A stretch of DNA of 64,000 nucleotides from Lama guanicoe (lineage: Eukaryota). Made by a program: the position numbers and the translations under genes. This document shows positions 1 through 13,310 of the stretch, in pieces; position 1 is the first letter of the stretch; every line of letters starts with the position of its first letter. The DNA lies in NCBI GenBank assembly GCA_013239625.1, contig MU053557.1, forward strand, positions 3,068,123-3,132,122, written 5' to 3'. The notes beneath the pieces were generated by a model. The model was not told where the DNA came from. It saw nothing but the letters and a program-made list of their open reading frames with translations, and did no database searches.

Positions 1-303
1 CATGCAAATCAAAACCACAATGAGACACCATCTCACACCTGTCAGAATGGCCATCATCAGAAAGAACACAAATAACCAATGTTGGCAAGGATGTGGAGAA
101 AAGGGAACCCCCGTACACTCTTGGTGGGAATGCAAAGTGGTGCAGCCACCATGGAAAACAATACGGAGGTTTCTCAAAACCCCAAAAACAGAGCCACCAC
201 ATGGCCCAGCAATTCCACTCCTGGGCAAATACCTGAGAAAAACAAAAACATTACTTCAAAAAGACACATACGCTCCACCATTACCAGCAGCACTATTTAC
301 AAC
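1..303 (+). mobile_element. LINE-1 ORF2 C-terminal fragment (cut by the window edge)
   Basis: ORF 2..325 reads [19 protein letters not shown]...[17 protein letters not shown], the L1 ORF2 Cys-rich region. Confidence 0.9.
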
Positions 304-1621
304 TGTCGTGGTCATTTTTCTGTAACACTTGCACAGTACATAATGCAAAACTCAGCCTTGTGTAATGAGTGTGAGGAAATCATTGCTTTGGTTCTGTCAG
401 TCTGAAACTTAAGAGAAAATTTATAAAAGTGTTTAAGGTATTTTGACCACAATTCACAGTAAAATAAACACTAACAAAATTATCTTGTGCTATAGTACAT
501 ATCTATCTACACACATAAAACCGAAACAAAAGTCTCAGGCGCAATGCTGCTGTTACTACAGTTGAGGCATTTTCTAGTCCATTCTATTCCATTTAATTTT
601 GTAATGATTTTTATTACCACTCAATGTATTTTATTAACTTATCGATGGGTCTTGACTCAGTTTGAAAAACACTTCCTTACAAGACCCAAATTCTCACACT
701 GCTCATGTTTACAAGCAGTGGTTATTTGGAGATTCTTTTGTATCTTTACAGTTTACTTTATTTGCTGAGGCTCAGTCATGTGTAAATCCCTGTAGCCGGC
801 TCTCTCAGAAATGCAGAGATGCTGTCCACTACTTCAAGCCAGGGATTTTGAATTGCCAGGAAAACCAGATGAACAAAACAGTATGTAATCTCTCCCCTCA
901 GAAAGCTTATGATCTAGTGGGTCAAAAAAACTCCCAACTCAAGGAGTCTGGGAAGATAATATATTTAGTCAAGTGAATAACTTAAGTAAGTAGATTGTTT
1001 GATCAGCATTTTCCTAGATAAAAAGGTGTTTTCTTAGCTAGCAGAGTCAGTCCCATTTTTATAGAGGAGAAAACAGAGACTCAGAGAATCTGTTATTTGT
1101 CAGAGTCCTGTCATTGTTTTCAGGCTGAGTCCAGGATTATTTGTAACAGACATGCTGCCTCACATGATTAAATGGGTTTTTTGCCGAAATAAAGTGACTT
1201 GCAAGTTCAGAAGTGATGATTAAGTCATATTATAAAAACATTTCAACCCTGAGAGAGCTTGGAAGATGAGAGGTGCTCCTTCCTTCAAGAGGAGCTAATT
1301 TAATTATTCTTGAAATTGACAAAATATGTCTTTTAAAGAGAAGACTGGTACCTTCTTGTATTTTGTAATCTTTTCTGATTAAATTCTTCAAACCCCTCAT
1401 TTGGAATTTTGCTCATCTCAGAACTGATTTCAAAAGCCAAGAAAGAAAGTGGGACATTTTCTGCAGATCATCAGGGCAGGAAACCAAAGACTGCCACCTG
1501 TCTGGAAGAATCTACACTTTGTTGTTCTCCTCCAAAAGCATTTCATCAGCACTGACCCAGGACACCCTGCTATCTATAAACTAAACATCTCTTCCTTCTG
1601 ACTTCTAAGAGTGGCAAAGTA

Positions 1622-1718
1622 ATTTTATTATTTTTTTTATTGATTTACAACCTTGTATTACTTTCAGGTGTACAACACAATGATTCAGTATTTTTGTAGA
1701 TTATTCTCCACTTAACGT
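1622..1718 (-). mobile_element. Short LINE-1 3' end fragment
   Basis: T-rich tail followed by ...tttcaggtgtacaacacaatgattcagta, an antisense L1 3' terminus pattern. Confidence 0.6.
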
Positions 1719-2389
1719 TTAGGAGGGGAAATATTTAAATGGCAGATGTAAGATCATCTCATTTTAAATGCAGCTTATACAGTAGACTTTTATACTCATG
1801 TTCATCCTCATCTGTTAGATGTCTGTGCCTTGGGGATCTGCTCATTCTAGGAACTTAGGTGTAATAGCTTCCTTCTTGGAAAAACTGAAATCACATAGAT
1901 ATGAAAGAATGGTTGCAGTGAGAACACAGGCAAGGAGAAGATTTTTAATGTGTGGATCCTTAGTGGAACTGAATGCACAGAGGACTAGTTTTCTTCATAA
2001 TCCTTTGTGTTCAGAGACACTCCTCCTGACCTTAGCACCTATGCGAAGCTCCCCTGTTACACTGACTTATAGTCCCACAACTTGTCTCCTTCTTAACATT
2101 CAGCAAGAGGTTTAACTGTACACTCCTTTTGCGACTACTGAATCCATGAGCATCTCTCTACGAAGCCCTCACTAGACTGCAGGCTCCATAAAGGCAGAGA
2201 TTTGAATTCTGCTCTGTTACCACTGTATCTCCCAGGACTAAGCAGTGTGATTAAGACATAATAAATGTTCAAGAAATATCTATTGGAGTAACGAATGGGC
2301 ATTTTAAGGTAGCCTGGAATGTTGTTTTCAACAAGGTGCTTCAGTTTAGCCCAGTCTTTATTACTTATGAGCTACTGAAGAGCAGTTGA

Positions 2390-2503
<114 letters not shown>

Positions 2504-3510
2504 TAGCAGGGTATAATAGCTCAGGGAACAGAAAGTCCAAGAGTGTTCAGATAATTTTATTACCTGGACCACACAAAATGATAATTCAGAGATGTTTTCA
2601 TCATGGATTTTTAGAAAATAATTACCACAGTTTCCGGAAAATATGTGACAGGCACCTGCATGGTGAACATATCCTGTTCTCAGAACTATCTCAAAGTCCC
2701 ATCAGTTTACTCACTAGACTTTCAGACTTTCTCTACACTAATGAGAAGAGCAAGATTTCATCATTTTCAGATTGTACCAGTACCTTCAGTATCAGTTATC
2801 TTGTCAGCATAAATTACATCATTTCATTTGGCAAAGAGGCCACCTGATTTCTGTGTTTTCCCCACTTGTACTATATTTTTATTTTTTAAAAAAACCTACC
2901 ATGAAACATATACATATCCAGTCTAATTTTTATGAGAATCTCGATTCATAGCCTCATGGTTAGTTTCTTGGTGGAGACATGCTTTAACAGACTATTTCAC
3001 ATTTCACATGGAACTTGCATTTTAGAATCATCTGCTGTTGACTTTATCAGACACTGTGTGAACCTCTAAAAGCATTTCAGAAATATGGACATCATGCTTA
3101 GAGTTTCCCCAATGCTTCAAGTTCTTTTTGGTTGTATCACCCATGGTTGTCAACAGAATTTCTCTGAACAGTAATGTTCAGCTTGGCAGTTGAGCTATGC
3201 CCATTTCAGTCACTGAAAGCAGAATAAGGATGTCTTTTGTCATTAGAAGACCACTGACATTGAGGCAGCTGTCTTCCCCAAAATGCTGTCTCTCAAAAAT
3301 CCCCAAAAGCAAAAACAGGAATACTTGTTTGAGAAAGCAGAAATTTAGAAATTGACCCAGTGCAGGGGAAGAAAACGGAATTTTTTTCCTCTGAAATCAA
3401 AGCTAAGTGGCAACTTGAACATCAGGGAATTTGCAAGTGATAAGGCCTCCAAACTATGCTGAGGAACGAGTCTAGCTCTATCTTATCTCCACCATCCGTC
3501 ATCTCCCTAA

Positions 3511-3693
<183 letters not shown>

Positions 3694-6443
3694 TGAGTGG
3701 TTTTACTGGACCCTGAATGGGACACTCCTACCTTCAGCCCCAAATCCTGTTACATCAACACATCCTGATTACCTGTGCACCTGCAAGGCTCTCATTACAT
3801 TCTTCGTCAGGACTTTGTTCTTGATTTCTTTGACTTTATAACAAAACAAAATTATTTTATTGTTGCCAATACACACTGCTCAGTTCAGCCGCCGTTATTT
3901 CTCCCTTGTTCTTGAGGTCAGTATTTAAAGCACTGTCATTACATAGGCTGACGAGTGAGTTCAGATGTCTTCTCATCATTAGACATTTTTCTTCACTAAC
4001 TGTGGGGCAGAGACTTTGAGAGCCAAGTATGGCATTGCTGGCAGACATGAGGTTGTTCATTCTCCTTGAAATGACTGGCAGCAAACCTGGTTTCCAGGCA
4101 GCGTATTTCTTAAGGAACCAAATGTACACCTGTGAGTTGGAAAAGGCACGTTGCTGCCTTTCTCACCAACGAAGTTTTAACACAACTGGAGCTAATTTAT
4201 GTCAGTAGCTAGACGTGAAATGACTGGGATCTGCTCTCAAAGCCATTATCATAATCCAAGGCTTGGAAGATAGTGGAGAAGCTTGCATTATCTATTACTT
4301 TCAGCTCTTTTCTTAGGTCTTTATGCACTCACTTATTTTGCTTTACATTTTAATGCATCTATTATGTTAAGAGCCAGTTCTTAAAGCTAATTCACTGTGA
4401 CTTATTTAAATATGCATACCAAACAGTTCTTACTTACTAGCACAGGGGAGAAAAAAGCCTTTATTCAGAGAATACTAATGGAAAAAAAAATCACTGAAAT
4501 GTCACTGTGTGTCTAGGCAGATTCCACTGGAGGAATCAGTGCATAAGACCTGTCTCCCTCCCTCTTTAATTAATACAGTTCACTTAATACACAATTTACT
4601 CAAAGACTCTGTGCCGCCATTGAGAAGAAGATGGTTCTGTGTGACTTGGAAATAGATCTATTAGAGTTTATGCACTACTCAGACATGGGAGGCTAATTTC
4701 GGCTCAGCCTCAGTGTATTTAATCAGTATTTCAGAGTGGCTTATTCAAAATGCTGCCTTGTAAAGAGTTAAATGGATGCAGCACTTTCTTTCCCATCCTT
4801 AGCAATCATCAAATTGCTGTTTTTCCCCCCTCTCTTCACCCCGAGAATGATAATCTTCCCTTTGTTCAGAGTCACATTTTCCTTCTTCAAAAGTTCAACT
4901 AAAAAACAAAAAAGTTCAACTAATTTTCTTTTTTTAAGACTTTGAACCCTTCAGAAGGACATACTTTGCATTTTGCCCTTTCATGCTTGTCTCTCATCGC
5001 TGATTAGGCAAAGTTGGTTTCATTCCATTCCCCTCCCTCTCCCCTCCTTAAAAAAAAATAACATTAGTGTTATGAGACTTTAAGCTGGCCAGAGTTTAGA
5101 GGTTTTGCTATTTGTGGTGTCATTCCAGACAGCATTCCTTCCCCCATGCATGCTGACTTGCTGATAACACAACATACATCCTCTTCTGCCCTTCTCACTT
5201 CTGACACTGAATCTTACAGTAGAACCCTGGTGCCACTGACAGAGGAGAGAGAACAGACAAGTCCACCCCCAAGATTCTAGCATCACATTCAGAACACGAA
5301 ACTGGGAAGGGAGCATTCCAGAAGTACAGCAGAAATCCCTTTTGTCTTTCAAACCTTGAGATACAAGAATTCAGAAAGCACTTTTATTCCTTCTAATTAA
5401 TGCCTTAGTACATACAGCATAGTAAATGTAAGTAACTCTCCACAACTATTAAGCACCTTGCAGCACTTCGAGAGGTGAGGCTATGAGTAATTTTATAATT
5501 TTTAAGTCACATTGATTAAAAAATGGTAAGGTAGGGTTACTGTGTGTAACTTGAGTGGTTTTGGTGAATCAAATGAGATTAAGTGCTCTGCCTGGTGACC
5601 AGCCCATCGTCAGCATCTCACGAACGGTAGTTTTTTGCTTCCTTGCTCCATTAAGGTGTAGCATTCTGAACATGCCCATCACTGATGGCCCGTGTGGACA
5701 CCCAAAGACAAGTTTGTGTGGTGCTTGGTCCCAAGGCATCTTGGAACGTGGTGTGTGTGGTGAGGGAAGGGGGTGAGTCTTTAACTCATTCTCCATAAGA
5801 GCTTTTCTTTTTTTTTTTTCCACCCTCTGACTATACAAATCAAAGGGAAAAAAAGACTCCCCAATATATTACATTCATTTTAATCACGATTTGTGTGTCC
5901 TGGGTTTAACTAGACTTATCTTTACATCCCCAAAGTTTCAGGAGCTGATTTTCTTAAGAAGCATTGATTAACATAAGAGCAATACTATTTTTTTTTCAAC
6001 TTCTCTGTAACCCCATTGTGTGCTTCATTTTACTAATATGCTACGTAGGTCTCTCAATTTTGCTTTCAATCATTTTCTAATGGATGCTCAAAAAGCTCCT
6101 AACCCCTGGGGATGTGTTCAGAAAATTCTGGTTGAAGAAAAACAAATTTTCTCTTTCAAACAGGTTTTACACTCATGTTGAGAATTGGTATATGTATATG
6201 TTGATATAAATACATATACACATGATCTTTGAAAACTGTCCTGCTCATTGCAACTTGGAAAACACAATCATACAGAAAAATGAAAATTCTCCAATAATCC
6301 TATCACCTCAAAACAACCACTCCTAACAGTGTGTATTTTCTGGTAAAATGTCTGCACTTAGTTTCTGATTTTGATTATGGGTAAGCCCCATTCATTCCTT
6401 TATTTGCATATACATATCCTGAGCATCATCAACAAATTGTAAT

Positions 6444-6624
6444 TAGGGTCACCAGATAAAATACAGGATGCACAATAAGATGTGAATTTCAGAAAAATAA
6501 CCAGTGATTTTTAGTATATGTCAAGTATCACACAGGACATATTTTAACTGAAAATTACTCATTAGCCAAATTTCTCATTTAACTGGACATCTTATATTCT
6601 TATTTGCTCAATCTGGGGATCCTA
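6444..6624. mobile_element. MER53-like hAT MITE (palindromic)
   Basis: Ends tagggtcaccagat ... atctggggatccta form imperfect TIRs. Flanks attgtaat/attgtacc look like a degraded 8-bp TSD. Internal ataaaatacaggatg...gaatttcaga is typical of MER53. Confidence 0.7.
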
Positions 6625-7434
6625 ATTGTACCAGAGACTTGTACCAGGGGGTTGCAGTGATGAGCAGGAACAAAGCCCCTGATCTGTCCCACATTATCAT
6701 GAACTCTGAGAGGCTGATTTTAGTCCAATGGCACATAAATATGTAAACTGAGAAGGGACCAAGTACAAAGAGGGGTGTGTATGTTGAGGGGTTTCAGGGA
6801 AGGAAGGTTGCTAGTCTGGGAGCAGCAGTGTTAAGGCTAAAGAACATTCTGAATTATGTCAGCCTCCCCAGTCTCCATGGACCTGGCCTTACTGAGAACA
6901 GAGTCATCAGATAAAGGCCATGTATAAAGTGAAGGCTGCCTGACAGGGCTGGCATCCAGGAAAAGCAAATAAAATCTTCCTGTGAGCCCCTCCCTGAGGG
7001 GGGGCCTCGAACAAAGCCCTGGCAACCCTCAGCCTGCAAACCAATCACCCCGGTCCTGCCCAGCCCAGCCAGGTCCCCAGGTGGCTTTTGTTAATTGAGA
7101 TTAAGCCTGCAGCTGCACACAGCTCCTCCTCTGAGCTCAGAGCTCTCCTCACCCCCGTTCTCTTGTTCCTGTCAACCTCAAGGGTCTGCATGTGGTTTCA
7201 AGAAATGAGAAGACAAGATGGTCTGTTTCAAGTGGAAAGGACCACTTGTACTGGGAGTGTGAAAAGGGAGTCCTGTCAGATGGCTGAACAAAGCCCCATA
7301 AATGGGTTCCCTGGAAGCAACTCCATCATCTGTGACTCAGAGCGCCAGCATCTCTTCACAGAATCAGACACTGTGAGAACTAGGGTAGCCTTCAGACCCC
7401 AGCATCAACCCTAATAGCTTCCTGGTTTTATTAC

Positions 7435-7650
7435 TTTGGGTTTTACATATATGACCTCATATTTGTCCCAAAGACCTAGGTGGATGAGGATTATTCTTCC
7501 CATTTTACACCTGAAGAAACTGAGGCTGAGAGAGGTTAAGCCATTTCCCCAGAGTCTCACAGCCAGGAACTGGGAGAGCCAGCATGCAAATCGAGGAATC
7601 CGGACTTCAAATCCCGGAATCCGGACTTCAAATCCCCTGCTCTCCCTGCA
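7435..7650 (-). mobile_element. MIR SINE
   Basis: Core cccattttacacctgaagaaactgaggctgagagaggttaag. Many other MIR fragments occur in the window and are not listed individually. Confidence 0.8.
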
Positions 7651-8456
7651 ACACTTGACCTCCCCCCAGCCCCCACCATGGACATCTTATGAGACTCCCT
7701 TACAAAATATCTAAAGAAGTGGAGTTTATTTTGTTTGTCATCCACATCCCACAAGAATACAAACTCCACGAGGCAGATTTGTTTCTACCTTGTGTTCAGC
7801 GCCTCATTCTCCAGTTCCTACAACAGTGCCCAGCACACAGTAAGTGCAAGATCAATGAACGAATGAATGAATGAATTGAGTGAATTAGCAGAGGGACTAG
7901 GCTCTGGCGCCTGGTTTTTTGCTCTTGTCCCTTCAGACCTCTGCCACCTCTGGCACACTCAATTAATCACACCTGTTCCAGGTTCTGTGCAGGTCCCCAG
8001 ATCAAAGGGACCAGAGTTTGAATCCCTGTTTCACCACTAAGTAACTGCAAATTAAGTACATGACATTGTGAATTTTCTTGGTTTCTTCATCTGTAATTGG
8101 GAATAACAGTATCTGTAGCAGAAGAAACCACTATGAATAAGAATACGTATATAAGGCACCTCACACACAGCAGCTGTTTAATAAATGACGGCTTGAAACA
8201 ACTCAGTGAGGCCCTGCCTAGAAATGGAATGTCCCCTCTGCCCCCATAGCCAGAGGCAATTCTCAAATTCCAAAGTGCACAAGTGCACCTGGACTTGAGC
8301 TGGCTGGGGCATTAGAAAGTCTTTTCTTCTAAATTTTTTTTAACTTAAACAAACTCTTTGAATATAACATACCTATTTTGTATAAAATATGGAAATACAG
8401 GAAGTTCTAATGAAGATAATAAATACCATATTCCATCACTCAGAAATAACTGCTCT

Positions 8457-9095
8457 TACTAGTTTCGTGTTGCTGTTGTAACAAATCACCACAAACTTAC
8501 TGGCTTAAAACAACATGAAGTCCTTGATGGTAAAGCTACTTTCATAATGTAATGAAGACATTATTTTCCTTTTGCCCCGCATGATCAGCCTGTGGTGAAG
8601 TTCACAGGCAAAACTAATCACAGCAATGATTATCTAGAAGGTGCACGTGGAGAACGTTTGGAGCAGTCGAAAGATTCTTTTATCTTGATTGTGCTTCTTA
8701 TATGAGAGTATGTATTTGTACAAAAATTTTTAAATGATAGACTTAATATCTGTGCGTTTCACTGCAAATGAATTTTCCCTCATTAAAAGAGCATGAAAAA
8801 TGTTTTAAAAGCACAAATGTAATATCTTACATTTCTGGAGGTCAGAAGTGCACAATCAGTCTCAGTGACTGTCAGCTGTCAGCAAGGCTGTGTTCCTCCT
8901 GGAAGTTCTAGAGAAGAAACGGTTTCCTGACCTTCTCCGGCTTCTTGGCCACCCACATGCCATGGTTCCCGGCCCCGTCCTCTGTCTTCAAAACCCGCAA
9001 CCTCGCGTCTCCAAAGCTCTCTGACTCTGACTCGCTGCCTTCCTCGTCCATCTTTTAAGGCCTCTTGTGATTGCATTGGGTTCACCTGGTGATGA
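8457..9095 (-). mobile_element. MaLR LTR (MLT1C/D-like), interrupted by an L1 3' fragment at about 8525-8810
   Basis: gctgttgtaacaaatcaccacaaacttactggcttaaaacaac resumes as tcttacatttctggaggtcagaagt...gctgtgttcctcctggaagttctag. Confidence 0.75.
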
Positions 9096-9099
9096 CGAT

Positions 9100-10135
9100 T
9101 CGCTCTGGGTCAAACTCCAGCCAGGATCAAACTCCCTCTTATCCACTAGGCCTCAACTTTGACCTATGAAGACTTGAACAAAACACCAACTCTGTTCCTA
9201 ACAGCTCAAGACCCATCCTTAGGATGACCCTAACCCCCTTAAAGTGCTTGCCTGAGAAAACTCAAGGCTGCCAGAAAAATTTACTGTTTGTTCCACCAAC
9301 ACCTAAGGAGAGGGCCCCGTCTCCTGGCCCCAGTGGGAAGGGAGGAGCCTAACTTCTGTCGAGTTTGTTAACAAACCAACCCTTCCTTCCTGGTTTTTGT
9401 AATTTTCCACTTCCCTGGCTCTCCTGAGCCTCCACCGGGCTCTCTGTCCTCCCTACTCCCTGATTCTCCCTTTAGAGTACCCAGTCACTTCTGTCCAAAT
9501 CAAAATCGAGTTCAGTTCACACTTGACTCTTTTCCTATTTTTTTTAATTTTATTTTTTATTGACGTCTAGCTGATTCACAGTATTAGTTTCAAGTGTTCA
9601 GAAAGTGATTGAGTTATACATTACATACATACATACATACATCTACTTTTAGACTCTTTCCATTCTATGTAGTCTTTATTTTTATTTTTTTAACTCTATC
9701 TGCTTTAGACAGTGTTATACTTAGTTTAAAAAAAGAATTTTGGAAGATCTGTTTTTTTCTTTTCAATGCACTGGAATAATTTCTAGAGCATTAGCTAATC
9801 TAATCTTTAACGATTTACTGTCATTCATCTGTGAACATTCCTTGCCATGGTGCTTCTATTGGGGGTAGTTATTTAATAAATTCCTCTATTTATCCAATGG
9901 AAATTGGTCTGCTTGAGCTTTTTAAACAAGTAAGATAACTTCTGGTAATTCTTACTTCCCTAAGAAAGTATCCATTTCATCTAGGTTTTAAAAATATTTG
10001 CAAATTACTCTCTTCTGGTTTAAAAATTTTTTTCTCTATTTCAATTGTTATGGACTCCTTTCCTACTGTAATAGGATATTATTGACTAAAATCTGTCCTT
10101 ACCACTTTAACTAGTATTCAGTTCTGTTATCTTAG
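9100..10135 (+). mobile_element. ERV1-type LTR (MER39/MER34-like), split by antisense L1 fragments at about 9540-10055
   Basis: gaaaactcaaggctgccagaaaaatttactgtttgttcc motif; the LTR 3' part resumes near 10060 (aaaatctgtccttaccactttaactagt). Confidence 0.6.
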
Positions 10136-10744
10136 AAAGAGATGATTAAATTAGGGATCTTGAGGTTAGCCTGAATTAACCAGTGTTGTCCTAGGAAGAA
10201 GTTGTCCTTGGGTATGGCCCTGATGAACTTGGATATGTGGGGAAGAAGGGAGCAGTCCCCAAAGAAGACCTGAGCAGAGAACAGTGTAATTGTGTGGCCA
10301 ATGCCTAGTAATTGTTTCATATAGTTGTTGACTGACTGACTGATGGACTAATGGCCAGGAAACTGGGTCTGTATAATGTAGACATTCACTTAGTCATTTA
10401 CTCATCAGTATTACAAAGGATTCCTTGATTGCAAACAACACAAGTTGCTATTAGAAAATTAAAGCGAAAAAAAAACTTATTAGAAGGATATGGGGTAGTT
10501 TACAGAGTAACACAAGTAAAGCGGAATAAGTAGGTGTCAGGAAGGTGAGCGACAAAGGCAGTTCTGGGACTCTAGGTAGCGGGAACTAATGGACAGGCTC
10601 TCAAGGCTGTCTCGGCTGGGATGCATCAGCTCCAAACAATTATTTAACCTCCATTATCCACTCAAGGTTCAAAGTCCTGGGAGAGAATCCAATTGGCCTT
10701 GCTCAGAAAACATGACTGCCCCTTGGCTAGAAGAAAGACTGAAA

Positions 10745-11330
10745 TAAATAATGACTCTGAGATTGTTGGCCGGAGCAACTTGGTGAATAATTGTGGCATT
10801 CACTGAGGTAGGAAGATCTGAAGAGGAGCAGAGTCATGAAAATCAAGAACTCTCTTTTAGCTATATGAATTGTGAGTTACATCTTAGTCATCCAAACAGA
10901 GCTGCTGAATTGGGGCTAAGTCTGAAGATCAGAAGTTCCAGAGTCCAATGGGAAGTCCAAAACACCACGAGTATGGGAATCACTGGTGTATGGATGCTGT
11001 TTAAACCAGAGACTTGGAGGGAGCATCTTTGGAAAGAGGTTAGAGAGATCAAAAGGCTGGGGACTAAAGACAGAGCATTTAATTGTTCTGACAAAGGAGG
11101 AAAACTTAGGAAATTAGACAAAGAAGGAACTGCCAGGAAGCTGGCCTTCAAGCTAGGGGTAAATCAGGAGAGGGAGGCATCCTGAAATCTAGAACAGAAA
11201 GTGTTTCAGAAAGAAAGGCATGTGAACCATTTCCACCGCTGCGGAGAAGACAGGAGTAAGGACACAAAGAACTGACCATTCACTTGGGAGGATACAGATG
11301 TTGTGACCTTGATAAGAGCCAACTCCAAAC
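10745..11330 (-). mobile_element. LINE-2 fragment (continues at about 13430-13690)
   Basis: Purine-rich antisense L2 motifs (gcattcactgaggtaggaag; gaactgaccattcacttgg). Confidence 0.6.
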
Positions 11331-11419
11331 GATTGTACCAAACACCAACGGAGTGGCTTCATGAGAATACAGGAACTGAGTCATTTTATTTTGGGATGGT
11401 GGAATGCAAAATGTTTTTG

Positions 11420-13310
11420 TTTGTTTTGAGATTAATTCACAGTGTCACAAGTAGCAATAGTATATTGCCACTTGTCTATCACATTTCATTGTATGAATAT
11501 CCCATGATTTACTTATATACCTCACTATCAATGGGATATCTGCGTTGTTTCCAGTTTGAGACTTTTACAGATAGTCTGGCTATTAACATTCTGGTTTGTA
11601 CCTTTTGGTAAACGAAAGTACACATATTTGGGGGCATAACACTAGAAATTAAATCACAGGATCCTAGGATTTATGTAGGTTTAGCTGACAGTTTCCCAAA
11701 GAAGCTGTACCCATTTATATTCACATCAGCAATGTTTAAGAATTAAAGTTACTCTAAAACCTCACTAACATTTGATATTGTCAGTTTCTTTACATGTAGG
11801 TGTTCTAGTAAATGTGTAATGGTATCTCCTGTGGTTTTAGTTTGGATTTCCTGGGTCACTTTGAGTTTGGGCACATTTTTACATGCTTATTGGCCATTTG
11901 GAATCCTCTTTTGAGAAGTGCTTTAGTTTTTTGTCCATCTTTCTATTGTTTGCCTTCTTTCCTCAATGATCCATAGAAGTTCTTTACATATTCTGTATAC
12001 AAGTCTTTTAATGGATATAAATTATTTGCCCAACCTGTGGCTTAACTTTTTAACTCCATTATCAAAAAGCTCGAAATTAAGTATGGTAGAACTTATCAAT
12101 CTTTTCCTTTATGGGTAGTGCTTTCTGTGGCCTCTTTAGGAAATCTTTGCCTATACCAAGGTCAAAATATCTATCCTGTTTCTTAGCAGCTTTGTGGTTT
12201 CAGCTTTTACATTTAGATCTATAATCCCGAGTCAAGATTCATTTTTCCCCCCATACGGATACCTAATTAACCCAACACCATTACTGAATCTTTAATGCTT
12301 TCCTTACTGAATCACAATAACACATTCGTTATTATTCACGCCATCATATATATGTGGGTTTCTAGACTTTGTTCCATTGATCTACTATGTACCTTTATAC
12401 ATTTATCACACTACTTTAAGTTCTATAGCTTTAGACTGGTAAAAGAATTCAGAAACATAATTATTCTTGATTATCTTATAGTTGGCCCTTTTCAATTCCA
12501 TATAAATTTCATAATCAGCTTGTCCATTTGCATTTTAAAGCTACTGGTATTTATATTGGGTGACATTGAAATTATAGATTAATTCAAGGAGAATTAATAT
12601 ATTTTTTAACTATTCAACTTTCCAATTTATCATACACATATGTATAATTAAAGTATCCATTAATTTCTCTCTTTGGTATCAGTTTTTAGTGTACAGCTCT
12701 AGCATGTCTGTCTTTAGATTTATTTCTAGGTATTTAATGTTTTTGACATGATTACAAATAGTAATTGTTTATCAGATTTAATTTTCTAGTAGTTTATTGC
12801 TTGTTTACCAAAATACAATTGATTTTTAATACTTTGTGTCCAGTGACCTTGCTAAATTATCTTATTCATTCTACCAGGTGGCCTGTAGATTCTTTTGGAT
12901 CTTCGATATTAACAATCATGTCATTAACTAATAATGACAGTTTTAGTGCTTCCTACCTTTTATTTTCCTGCCTATTGTATTTGCATTGAGAACGATGTTG
13001 CATATAGTGGACATCCTTGTGTGTCTGTCCTGATTTCATGGAGCAGGTTTTCAGGATTTCAAGATTTCATATGATGCTTGCTGAAAACTCTTTGTAGATA
13101 TCCATTAGGACAGTAAGAAAGTTTTCTTTCAGTCTGAGTTTGCTAGAAGTTTTTATCACAAATGGTTATTAAATTTTGTCAAATGTGTTCTTTTTAATCG
13201 AGATCATTTCTGTTATGTAGTGAAGTAAATTCATTCATTTGCCAATCTTAAAACAACCTCGATCCTAAAATAAACCCTAGTTGGTCATGTTCTATTATTT
13301 TGTAGATACC
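11420..13310 (-). mobile_element. Ancient degraded LINE-1
   Basis: Antisense ORF2/3' motifs (aatggtatctcctgtggttttagtttggatttcc; gtggacatccttgt; ttgctagaagtttttatca). Confidence 0.8.
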
